A stretch of 63,920 bases of DNA, the filler included, from Pelomyxa schiedti (lineage: Eukaryota > Protista > Evosea), in NCBI GenBank assembly GCA_020536535.1. It is 7 parts of 7 records of this genome, joined end to end, with 100 filler letters (N's around TTAATTAATTAA, not from the genome) between each part and the next. Parts side by side here need not be neighbours in the genome. Positions count along the whole stretch, not along the records: positions 45,542 to 52,971 come from JAHLWZ010001358.1; positions 53,072 to 58,279 come from JAHLWZ010001514.1; positions 58,380 to 61,608 come from JAHLWZ010001789.1; 4 more parts are not named here. The stretch is one strand, 5' to 3'. This document shows, one piece after another, positions 50,400 to 61,708 of this stretch. The translations under genes were made by a program, and so were the position numbers. Position 1 is the stretch's first letter; every line of letters starts with the position of its first letter. The notes beneath the pieces are model-generated. The model was not told where the DNA came from. It saw only the letters and a list, made by a program, of their open reading frames with translations, and did not search any database.

Positions 50400-52537
50400 C
50401 TACAGAATTCCAAAAAACAAGATGAAAAGTAAAAACGAAAGCAATAGGGAAAAGTGGAGGTGGTTTTTGTGACTGGGAGAACCTGATGATGAAGGGTGGG
50501 AATAATCAGTTGGTGCCCAGGGCTGCAGAGGTTCTCCCCCGCCACTGCCAAGTGTTCCGTTCGAGGCTGTGACTACACTGTAGAGGTTGTAGTCCCAGTT
50601 ATCCACAACATACAGGCTCTGCCATATCAGAAGCACATCGGCCTGCCATGGGGAATTATCACTGTTGCCGTGGAACGCAAAGCCGGTGGATTCCTGGAAT
50701 TCCTCCTCGTAATCACCCTCCGGCTGAAGCTCCGTTTCTATTGCAAGGGCATCCCACGCAGAGTCATCAACTAAATACAAGCCGTAGTTCTGCAGTGTCC
50801 AGGCCAGTGCAAGCCCCATTGCGGTATATAGTGGCATGGAATATATATCAACAGACTGCGGAATTGCTAGAAGTGAGCCGGGCCTCACACTGGGGTTTGT
50901 GCCTCCATAGGCCAGGTCGCCTTCATCAAAGTAGCCATCACAGCCGGTAGCAGGCCAACGGTAACAGGTTGACCTGTCGGATCCAACCCGGTAGTAATTT
51001 AGCTTGGCAAACAGGTTCGACTTGAGTGCATGTCTTACGGACCATATAACACCTTCATCATCTGGAATAAACTCGCCAAGTCTCACGGTCCCTCCAATAG
51101 CACTTAGCCCACTTCCGCCATGTGCTCCTGTGATACCTTCCCCTATTTATCTGTTAGGAAGTGCTCAATTGTACGAACAATACCGGTTATGGAAACATCG
51201 GCAAATGTATACCCAGTTGTAACGGGTTCTTCCTCACTGCAGTGTGCAATAGGCTGCGTTTGCTTGATTGTATCATTGTCAGGCATAAGAAGAGCAGTTC
51301 CGTAGTTATTCATGCAATCCGGCACTATAAATGTGGCAGGGAAGGGCGCAGTAAGTAAGACAGTTTCAGGGGTATTTGGTGCACAGCGAGAGTACCCACT
51401 CCACCCGGCGGAGCAATAGAGAAACTCTGTCATTGGATTGGAGGAATCGAGGAGGATTACATCCGGATCGGCTTCAATATACCTTAGTTCCATAAGTTAT
51501 GAGGGGAAACAAAATTTTATACGTTGTTGAAGCCACATCCAAATTGGCAGGAACATAGGTTGCGTCTTCTCCAATGGGTAAATTCCATATAGATCCGCTG
51601 GTAAATGGCCAGAGGTGCAAATCCCGCCATGTCGGGAAGTCACCAATCTTGAAAGTAAAGGAGGTACTTGGGGCATCTTCCAGAAGCCAATCATCAAGGT
51701 ACACAGTGGCACCACCGGCAGAGCCTACTGCTCTAGGGATTATATAACTCACACTTTCAGTTGCGATCCAGATTGTAGCACCAAGTTGTACCCACTGGGT
51801 TGTTTCATATTGAAAAGCTTGTAAGCCAAGGTTCCAATCTAGTACAGTCCCACCGGAATCATACCCTACAGCACTAATGCCGACATTACCTTCAGAGGGT
51901 TAAACAAAGGCAAAATAACGTTCCACATACCAGAACCAGAAACAAAAACCCAGGCAGAAAGGGAAAGAAGCTGCCCTACAGTCACATTAATCTTCGTAGT
52001 GGAAGAAAAAGCCCAGTTTGTGGCTCCAGAAGGAATTGTAAGGTTTGCCGCCTTCACCAAGAAATATTCTATTAGGACATGCAGAAAATTCACTCATTTA
52101 TCATTTCCAATACCACACAATTTAGTGTTACTACATCCTCATTTCATCGTATAAATAGCTAATAACAGCGCAATGCAATAACAACCAACATGCAAATAGC
52201 ACTAGTAATATAATTATTCTTCTCATTTATCGTCGACAGCTATCTATCAACCAACGGTGATAAGTAATTATGGGGCTTACGTTATTCCCGGAATGGCACG
52301 ATGGGCGCGTGGCCACGTGGGCCGACCCGCTGCCAACGTTGGTCCACACCGACGACGACCATCCCACAAGTGTGGAGTCGCTGTCTTCGTACCCGCTGTT
52401 AACGATCGCGTATTCGTCGCCAACGTCGGTGTGGCCTTGGGTACTAATTGGTGTCAACAGTGCTTGTTGTAGCCACTGACAACGTACCACAAACTGAAAG
52501 CCAACACCAACACAACAGCCACAAGGAAACCGGGCAT
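50400..52537 (-). CDS. Secreted/GPI-anchored protein with a CBM4/9-like N-domain and a bacterial-type uncharacterised domain
   Basis: Signal peptide MPGFLVAVVLVLAFS; IVNSGYED..GW; RDLHLWPFTSGSIWNLPIG..YVPA; GAHGGSGLSAIGGTVRLGE; LAWTLQNYGLYLVDD; Ser spacer and hydrophobic C-terminus. Confidence 0.7.
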
Positions 52538-52622
52538 GGGTGTGGCAAACGGTACACAAAACGAAAAGAAAAAAAATCGCGCCAATGGGCCAGAAATAAC
52601 GATGAAAAAAGTGATAGCTCAT

Positions 52623-52693
52623 TGCACACGCCGAGAATCGAACTCGGGTCTCCCGCGTGGCAGGCGAGAATTATACCCCTAAACCACGTGTGC
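52623..52693 (-). tRNA. tRNA-Gly(GCC)
   Basis: GCACACG/CGTGTGC acceptor stem, anticodon arm CTCGC-CTGCCAC-GCGGG, T-loop GTTCGA, 71 nt, no intron. Confidence 0.95.
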
Positions 52694-53071
52694 TTTCATA
52701 GATAAAATTTAGCCACACACATAAAAAGCTAACTGGGTGAAAACACAGGCTCTTGGGCGTTGTAGCCATTTTTTTCTCAATAGTGGTGTTGGATTTTGGG
52801 TGCCGGTGCCATTTTACTGTAGGTGTGGTGGACCCACCCAAAAGGGAGCGAGCAACGCGAGCACATCAGCAACACCCACTCCCTCTATGAAGTGGAGGAG
52901 GGCCAGGCAGCACTGAGGACAGCATTGTACACCCATGGGTGGGAGGGGTGTGGTGGGAGGTGTGTGCCAAANNNNNNNNNNNNNNNNNNNNNNNNNNNNN
53001 NNNNNNNNNNNNNNNTTAATTAATTAANNNNNNNNNNNNNNNNNNNNNNNNNNNNNNNNNNNNNNNNNNNN

Positions 53072-56000
53072 CCTAGAGTGCAAAGAGATCTGCTACGCCT
53101 CAGGCGCAAACACCTCGCAATGCTTCGTCCTGCCCCCCATCCCCTTGTTGTGTTTTGATTTCGTTTTAGTTAGTCAAAGTTGTGTGCTACAACAAAATTG
53201 GAGAATGTATGTATCAAGAGAGTCATCCATCATAATCTTCAGGGTATTCCATCCTAGGGGAAAAGTTAGGAACAAGTGTGAAAGGATTGCAGTGTTACCT
53301 TTTTGGCATCAATCCCGAAACAGGAGGATGTATTCTCAATGCCGCCAATGAATTCCTCCTGGTAGGTAGTAGGTACAATGATGGTGCGGAAGTCACTACT
53401 GATGAAACTCGAGTGTTTGTTTTATTAATTAGTAGGACTATTTGATTGTGTGAGTACCTTTTCTTGAATGAATTCATAACAGCCACGAGTATGAATAAAG
53501 TAATCCAGCTCCCACATCTGGTCCACTCTTCATAATATTGGCTCCAAAAGGTACCTTTTTAACCCTGGGCAGTTCTGCATACAGAAGTGAGTGACCCTGG
53601 CGCCACATTTCCCTAGAGTGCAAAGAGATCTGCTACGCCTCAGGCGCAAACACCTCGCAATGCTTCGTCCTGCCCCCCATCCCCTTGTTGTGTTTTGATT
53701 TCGTTTTAGTTAGTCAAAGTTGTGTGCTACAACAAAATTGGAGAATGTATGTATCAAGAGAGTCATCCATCATAATCTTCAGGGTATTCCATCCTAGGGG
53801 AAAAGTTAGGAACAAGTGTGAAAGGATTGCAGTGTTACCTTTTTGGCATCAATCCCGAAACAGGAGGATGTATTCTCAATGCCGCCAATGAATTCCTCCT
53901 GGTAGGTAGTAGGTACAATGATGGTGCGGAAGTCACTACTGATGAAACTCGAGTGTTTGTTTTATTAATTAGTAGGACTATTTGATTGTGTGAGTACCTT
54001 TTCTTGAATGAATTCATAACAGCCACGAGTATGAATAAAGTAATCCAGCTCCCACATCTGGTCCACTCTTCATAATATTGGCTCCAAAAGGTACCTTTTT
54101 AACCCTGGGCAGTTCTGCATACAGAAGTGAGTGACCCTGGCGCCACATTTCCCTAGAGTGCAAAGAGATCTGCTACGCCTCAGGCGCAAACACCTCGCAA
54201 TGCTTCGTCCTGCCCCCCATCCCCTTGTTGTGTTTTGATTTCGTTTTAGTTAGTCAAAGTTGTGTGCTACAACAAAATTGGAGAATGTATGTATCAAGAG
54301 AGTCATCCATCATAATCTTCAGGGTATTCCATCCTAGGGGAAAAGTTAGGAACAAGTGTGAAAGGATTGCAGTGTTACCTTTTTGGCATCAATCCCGAAA
54401 CAGGAGGATGTATTCTCAATGCCGCCAATGAATTCCTCCTGGTAGGTAGTAGGTACAATGATGGTGCGGAAGTCACTACTGATGAAACTCGAGTGTTTGT
54501 TTTATTAATTAGTAGGACTATTTGATTGTGTGAGTACCTTTTCTTGAATGAATTCATAACAGCCACGAGTATGAATAAAGTAATCCAGCTCCCACATCTG
54601 GTCCACTCTTCATAATATTGGCTCCAAAAGGTACCTTTTTAACCCTGGGCAGTTCTGCATACAGAAGTGAGTGACCCTGGCGCCACATTTCCCTAGAGTG
54701 CAAAGAGATCTGCTACGCCTCAGGCGCAAACACCTCGCAATGCTTCGTCCTGCCCCCCATCCCCTTGTTGTGTTTTGATTTCGTTTTAGTTAGTCAAAGT
54801 TGTGTGCTACAACAAAATTGGAGAATGTATGTATCAAGAGAGTCATCCATCATAATCTTCAGGGTATTCCATCCTAGGGGAAAAGTTAGGAACAAGTGTG
54901 AAAGGATTGCAGTGTTACCTTTTTGGCATCAATCCCGAAACAGGAGGATGTATTCTCAATGCCGCCAATGAATTCCTCCTGGTAGGTAGTAGGTACAATG
55001 ATGGTGCGGAAGTCACTACTGATGAAACTCGAGTGTTTGTTTTATTAATTAGTAGGACTATTTGATTGTGTGAGTACCTTTTCTTGAATGAATTCATAAC
55101 AGCCACGAGTATGAATAAAGTAATCCAGCTCCCACATCTGGTCCACTCTTCATAATATTGGCTCCAAAAGGTACCTTTTTAACCCTGGGCAGTTCTGCAT
55201 ACAGAAGTGAGTGACCCTGGCGCCACATTTCCCTAGAGTGCAAAGAGATCTGCTACGCCTCAGGCGCAAACACCTCGCAATGCTTCGTCCTGCCCCCCAT
55301 CCCCTTGTTGTGTTTTGATTTCGTTTTAGTTAGTCAAAGTTGTGTGCTACAACAAAATTGGAGAATGTATGTATCAAGAGAGTCATCCATCATAATCTTC
55401 AGGGTATTCCATCCTAGGGGAAAAGTTAGGAACAAGTGTGAAAGGATTGCAGTGTTACCTTTTTGGCATCAATCCCGAAACAGGAGGATGTATTCTCAAT
55501 GCCGCCAATGAATTCCTCCTGGTAGGTAGTAGGTACAATGATGGTGCGGAAGTCACTACTGATGAAACTCGAGTGTTTGTTTTATTAATTAGTAGGACTA
55601 TTTGATTGTGTGAGTACCTTTTCTTGAATGAATTCATAACAGCCACGAGTATGAATAAAGTAATCCAGCTCCCACATCTGGTCCACTCTTCATAATATTG
55701 GCTCCAAAAGGTACCTTTTTAACCCTGGGCAGTTCTGCATACAGAAGTGAGTGACCCTGGCGCCACATTTCCCTAGAGTGCAAAGAGATCTGCTACGCCT
55801 CAGGCGCAAACACCTCGCAATGCTTCGTCCTGCCCCCCATCCCCTTGTTGTGTTTTGATTTCGTTTTAGTTAGTCAAAGTTGTGTGCTACAACAAAATTG
55901 GAGAATGTATGTATCAAGAGAGTCATCCATCATAATCTTCAGGGTATTCCATCCTAGGGGAAAAGTTAGGAACAAGTGTGAAAGGATTGCAGTGTTACCT

Positions 56001-58279
56001 TTTTGGCATCAATCCCGAAACAGGAGGATGTATTCTCAATGCCGCCAATGAATTCCTCCTGGTAGGTAGTAGGTACAATGATGGTGCGGAAGTCACTACT
56101 GATGAAACTCGAGTGTTTGTTTTATTAATTAGTAGGACTATTTGATTGTGTGAGTACCTTTTCTTGAATGAATTCATAACAGCCACGAGTATGAATAAAG
56201 TAATCCAGCTCCCACATCTGGTCCACTCTTCATAATATTGGCTCCAAAAGGTACCTTTTTAACCCTGGGCAGTTCTGCATACAGAAGTGAGTGACCCTGG
56301 CGCCACATTTCCCTAGAGTGCAAAGAGATCTGCTACGCCTCAGGCGCAAACACCTCGCAATGCTTCGTCCTGCCCCCCATCCCCTTGTTGTGTTTTGATT
56401 TCGTTTTAGTTAGTCAAAGTTGTGTGCTACAACAAAATTGGAGAATGTATGTATCAAGAGAGTCATCCATCATAATCTTCAGGGTATTCCATCCTAGGGG
56501 AAAAGTTAGGAACAAGTGTGAAAGGATTGCAGTGTTACCTTTTTGGCATCAATCCCGAAACAGGAGGATGTATTCTCAATGCCGCCAATGAATTCCTCCT
56601 GGTAGGTAGTAGGTACAATGATGGTGCGGAAGTCACTACTGATGAAACTCGAGTGTTTGTTTTATTAATTAGTAGGACTATTTGATTGTGTGAGTACCTT
56701 TTCTTGAATGAATTCATAACAGCCACGAGTATGAATAAAGTAATCCAGCTCCCACATCTGGTCCACTCTTCATAATATTGGCTCCAAAAGGTACCTTTTT
56801 AACCCTGGGCAGTTCTGCATACAGAAGTGAGTGACCCTGGCGCCACATTTCCCTAGAGTGCAAAGAGATCTGCTACGCCTCAGGCGCAAACACCTCGCAA
56901 TGCTTCGTCCTGCCCCCCATCCCCTTGTTGTGTTTTGATTTCGTTTTAGTTAGTCAAAGTTGTGTGCTACAACAAAATTGGAGAATGTATGTATCAAGAG
57001 AGTCATCCATCATAATCTTCAGGGTATTCCATCCTAGGGGAAAAGTTAGGAACAAGTGTGAAAGGATTGCAGTGTTACCTTTTTGGCATCAATCCCGAAA
57101 CAGGAGGATGTATTCTCAATGCCGCCAATGAATTCCTCCTGGTAGGTAGTAGGTACAATGATGGTGCGGAAGTCACTACTGATGAAACTCGAGTGTTTGT
57201 TTTATTAATTAGTAGGACTATTTGATTGTGTGAGTACCTTTTCTTGAATGAATTCATAACAGCCACGAGTATGAATAAAGTAATCCAGCTCCCACATCTG
57301 GTCCACTCTTCATAATATTGGCTCCAAAAGGTACCTTTTTAACCCTGGGCAGTTCTGCATACAGAAGTGAGTGACCCTGGCGCCACATTTCCCTAGAGTG
57401 CAAAGAGATCTGCTACGCCTCAGGCGCAAACACCTCGCAATGCTTCGTCCTGCCCCCCATCCCCTTGTTGTGTTTTGATTTCGTTTTAGTTAGTCAAAGT
57501 TGTGTGCTACAACAAAATTGGAGAATGTATGTATCAAGAGAGTCATCCATCATAATCTTCAGGGTATTCCATCCTAGGGGAAAAGTTAGGAACAAGTGTG
57601 AAAGGATTGCAGTGTTACCTTTTTGGCATCAATCCCGAAACAGGAGGATGTATTCTCAATGCCGCCAATGAATTCCTCCTGGTAGGTAGTAGGTACAATG
57701 ATGGTGCGGAAGTCACTACTGATGAAACTCGAGTGTTTGTTTTATTAATTAGTAGGACTATTTGATTGTGTGAGTACCTTTTCTTGAATGAATTCATAAC
57801 AGCCACGAGTATGAATAAAGTAATCCAGCTCCCACATCTGGTCCACTCTTCATAATATTGGCTCCAAAAGGTACCTTTTTAACCCTGGGCAGTTCTGCAT
57901 ACAGAAGTGAGTGACCCTGGCGCCACATTTCCCTAGAGTGCAAAGAGATCTGCTACGCCTCAGGCGCAAACACCTCGCAATGCTTCGTCCTGCCCCCCAT
58001 CCCCTTGTTGTGTTTTGATTTCGTTTTAGTTAGTCAAAGTTGTGTGCTACAACAAAATTGGAGAATGTATGTATCAAGAGAGTCATCCATCATAATCTTC
58101 AGGGTATTCCATCCTAGGGGAAAAGTTAGGAACAAGTGTGAAAGGATTGCAGTGTTACCTTTTTGGCATCAATCCCGAAACAGGAGGATGTATTCTCAAT
58201 GCCGCCAATGAATTCCTCCTGGTAGGTAGTAGGTACAATGATGGTGCGGAAGTCACTACTGATGAAACTCGAGTGTTTG
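53072..58279. repeat. Perfect tandem array of a 540-bp unit (~9.6 copies) filling the whole contig
   Basis: Sequence lines and ORFs recur every 540 bp with no visible differences. Confidence 0.98.
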
Positions 58280-58386
58280 NNNNNNNNNNNNNNNNNNNNN
58301 NNNNNNNNNNNNNNNNNNNNNNNTTAATTAATTAANNNNNNNNNNNNNNNNNNNNNNNNNNNNNNNNNNNNNNNNNNNNTTTTCAG

Positions 58387-58824
58387 GTATTGCACCTTTG
58401 GTCTTGTCTTTGGCGCTTTTGCTACTGCTTTTGACCCCCGGGGCTGGGGTGTATTTGGCCCCATTGCTATCGCCTGCATTGCAATGCTCAATATTCTTGC
58501 CGGAGTTGCAACCGGCGGTGTAGCTATGAATCCCTTTAGGGCTCTTGCTCCGGCAATCTGGGAAGTGTGTAAACCATCACCTAAAAGCGGTTTATTCTGA
58601 CACCAATCACAGGGAGACCTCTCCAACGCGTGGGTGTGGACAATTGGTGGCTTCTTAGGTGCCTCCCTAGGTGCTGTGACCTACGAGTACTCCTTCATGC
58701 GGTACTTCTTTCTAACAAAGTCATTTGATCTATTAACACTGATTGCAGGAGAGAGCACCCTGCGTGTCCCAAGGTACCTTCAACAGCTGGCTCCAATCAC
58801 CTCAAACATGAACACACCTCATGA
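58387..58824 (+). CDS. Aquaporin (MIP family), 3' part
   Basis: CTFGLVFGAFATAFDPRG..GPIAIA..TGGVAMNPFRALAPAIW / WVWTIGGFLGASLGAVTYEY across three exons. Confidence 0.9.
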
Positions 58825-59099
58825 TACACAATTATTCAAAGGACACCCAAGGCTGTTCACCTCTTCATCTACCAAGTTCTCTTTTTTTATGATTCCCAGA
58901 AACATTCTTTGTTGGTTGACCAACAAAATGGGGTGTGTTTAAGAAAGTGATGTGCGGCTGCTTGATGGTTTGAGTGACGGTGACTATTCCGGATGTTCTG
59001 ATCAAGTTCTGATCAAACATACTTGTTGGTACCGGCAACAAATATTCATCTCCTCTACACTAACACCAAAATACCACATTGTTACTGTATCACCTCCAA

Positions 59100-60960
59100 C
59101 TGTAAAGTCACATACAACCAGAACATAAATCCTCTAAAACCATTGTGAGATTTTCTTGTGGTGAGATTTCCTCATCAGAAGATGATTCTTCAGAAGAGGG
59201 AGCATAATAAGAGGTTCCAGTGGTGGTGGTGGTTGTCCAGGTGGGTCCCAGCAGCTCCAAATTTGGCTGTGGCCACAACATCTCCATTTCTTGTAGTGTG
59301 GGTCTCTTTGCAAAGATTGGATTAGAAAGGAGAGGATATTGTTGTAGGGGTACTCACATCAGAATGATTACCGTCCAAGCCTTGACCCAACAAAGCTTCC
59401 TAGAAAGTTGTTAGTAGAACATAAAATAGCTAGCAGGACACTTACCAAGGCAATTGAAGGCCTGCACCGAGTATTACTTCATTTCTGCTGTTCACTTTGT
59501 TTCCACAAGCAACCATTCAAAGTCCCCTTGGTAGGTCATCTGCCTCTGCACCAACCAGCTGTCCTGGGAAGTGCATTGGTGGTGGGATACTTGCCCAATT
59601 CTCTTCCCCGTCAACCCCACAACCAACGATCTTACTCTGTATGACATCGTCCATTGCCACATCCAGGGAGGGGAGTGCCTCAGGAGCGACGTTACACTGT
59701 TGTTCCTCTGCATGAATGAGTGAATTGGTGCAGGGACAGGGCTTGTGTTGACACTAAGGCTGACATTATTGTTGGCAACAGGGGTGCTCTGTGGTTGCTC
59801 TGGTGCATCAGGTATTGCCTTCTCAATATCAAACTTGCCAGCTCGATTCAATCTTATGGCTAACTCAAGGATAAGGGAGGTTGGTGTTGGGGTGTGAATG
59901 GACTTCTTTGCTGCCTTTGACCGCTGCTGGAGATACCTAGAGTCCCAGACTTCTGAAGTGTACTTTGTCAAAAGCTGGAAACTGGTATTTATGTGCATTC
60001 ACAAACTTGGCCAACTCATCCATCAGGACTACTGCTCTCGAGTTCTGTTCCCAACCATCAGCGATTGGCTTTGCCTCCTCAACTCTGATCACCAACTGCC
60101 TCCAAGTTTCAGGTTTGAGTCCCCCAAGGTCTTGCCTCTCATCAAGTGCCGTGATCATTGCACACAAGCCGCGGTCCACAATCAATGGCATCAGGGGGTC
60201 CAGTGGTTTGGTGTTGTGGTGCTTCTGCAGAAGTAACGCAGGAGAAATGGGCAAGTGCACGTTGGAGCGAAGCGTTCGCGACGGTGTAGTGAGGGGGTCT
60301 GCTGTGCTCGCGCTCTTGCCAAACGGTGTATGCAGACTTGTTCTAGTTGTCCTTCTTGTCGACGTCGTGCTCGAGAGGACTTTGGCTTTGGCGTATTTGG
60401 TTCTCTCACGCCGTGACTGTGCTTGGCATTGTTGCCCTCATTGTTCTTGGTGTTGCTGGTCGTGGTATCAACATGTCCATGCATATTGTCGTTGTTGTTG
60501 TGTGGCTGATTTTTGTTTTGTTGTGCCAAGTTTGTGTGCTGGTGTGCTTTTTGGTGGTACTTCGGTTTTGGCATTTCAGTTTTTGATTTTGTTCACCTAA
60601 CATCAATCGATTTTGGTGACACACTGTGCTGAGGGTTTGGGTAGTGACCACAACACCATGAGTTGTGCTGGGTGTCGATGGTTGTTGTTTTACTTCTGTG
60701 GGAAGGGAGTAAGAAGTGCAAATCCAAAAACAAGAGTTTATTGTTGCACAAGTAACTGCACTGCTGTTGTTCTTGCCAGACAAAGGCAATTGAATCAGTT
60801 TTCAGTGCCATTAGAATCTCCCTCAGTCCCAACAGATTTAAGTCTGACTTTGCTTCCAGCCGCTCCGGCTCCAACGCTGAGCTTCGCCTCGCGTCCCCGA
60901 CGCCTGCGGCGTATCACCTTGGCCACAGGGGCCCCTCACACACCACACACGCTCATCATG
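59100..60960 (-). pseudogene. Fragmented hypothetical gene
   Basis: Overlapping minus-strand ORFs in shifting frames (60191-60574, 59937-60260, 59492-59998); no family recognised. Confidence 0.3.
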
Positions 60961-61708
60961 GGAGCAAAAAACTCATAAGAACTGGGCAGAAATTTTTTAT
61001 CATTTTGGTGCCAATAAAGGCCAAGAGTAATTGAGACACTGATGGAATGCCAAAGATGTGGTCTTACATCACTTCAATGCAGTGTAGATTGAAACCTTTA
61101 GTTGGGAGTTCGCAACCCGAGAATTTCTGATCGTAGTTAAGCAAACTCCCCACATTTTTTTGGTGTTGTGTACTTGTGGGATAATCTGCTGCTTTTGGGG
61201 TGGCCGCCTGACCCTTGCAGCATATTGATTCTACACTTGCTGAGGCGTACTCCCTTGTTCTTGTTGCGTGTTTGAAGCGTAGACAGAGACTCAGTTGGGA
61301 AAATCAACTGCAGCGAAGCCCTTCATCAATTGCACCGGCTGGGACAACACCACGTTCTAGCCAAAGGATTCGCCCTTCGCCTTTATACCTTATTCATAAA
61401 AACACGGGAAAGGTCTTAGTGCGTTTCCTGCCACTTAAATTTGATGGCGCTTATGTATTCCCTTCCTGTACCTGCTGCTACCACACATATTTGGGACTGC
61501 CCAAGTGTGCACACTTTTTATCGGGTTTATTAGTTTTCTCAGTCCAGAGACGAGGAACTGAGACGGAAAAAAAAGGCGTTTTCTACAAGACCATCGGCCA
61601 CGGGGTGCNNNNNNNNNNNNNNNNNNNNNNNNNNNNNNNNNNNNNNNNNNNNTTAATTAATTAANNNNNNNNNNNNNNNNNNNNNNNNNNNNNNNNNNNN
61701 NNNNNNNN

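Noticed and set aside
53072-58279. CRISPR array, 5S/tRNA/snRNA array or hammerhead-ribozyme array
   Set aside because: There are no variable spacers and no recognisable RNA gene. CTGATGA (plus) and CTGAAGA (minus) are not followed by a stem II and GAAA.
965-60600. Many antisense or overlapping ORFs (e.g. 965-1549, 9612-10157, 17590-18177, 22501-23163, 47775-48353, 58324-58626, 59965-60600)
   Set aside because: They are shadows or alternate frames of better-supported genes in GC-rich or low-complexity sequence.
20557-61708. Recurring TTAATTAATTAA motif as a biological repeat, and synteny across it
   Set aside because: It is always centred in N runs within a 100-bp block and gives stops in all six frames, so it is an artificial contig joiner.
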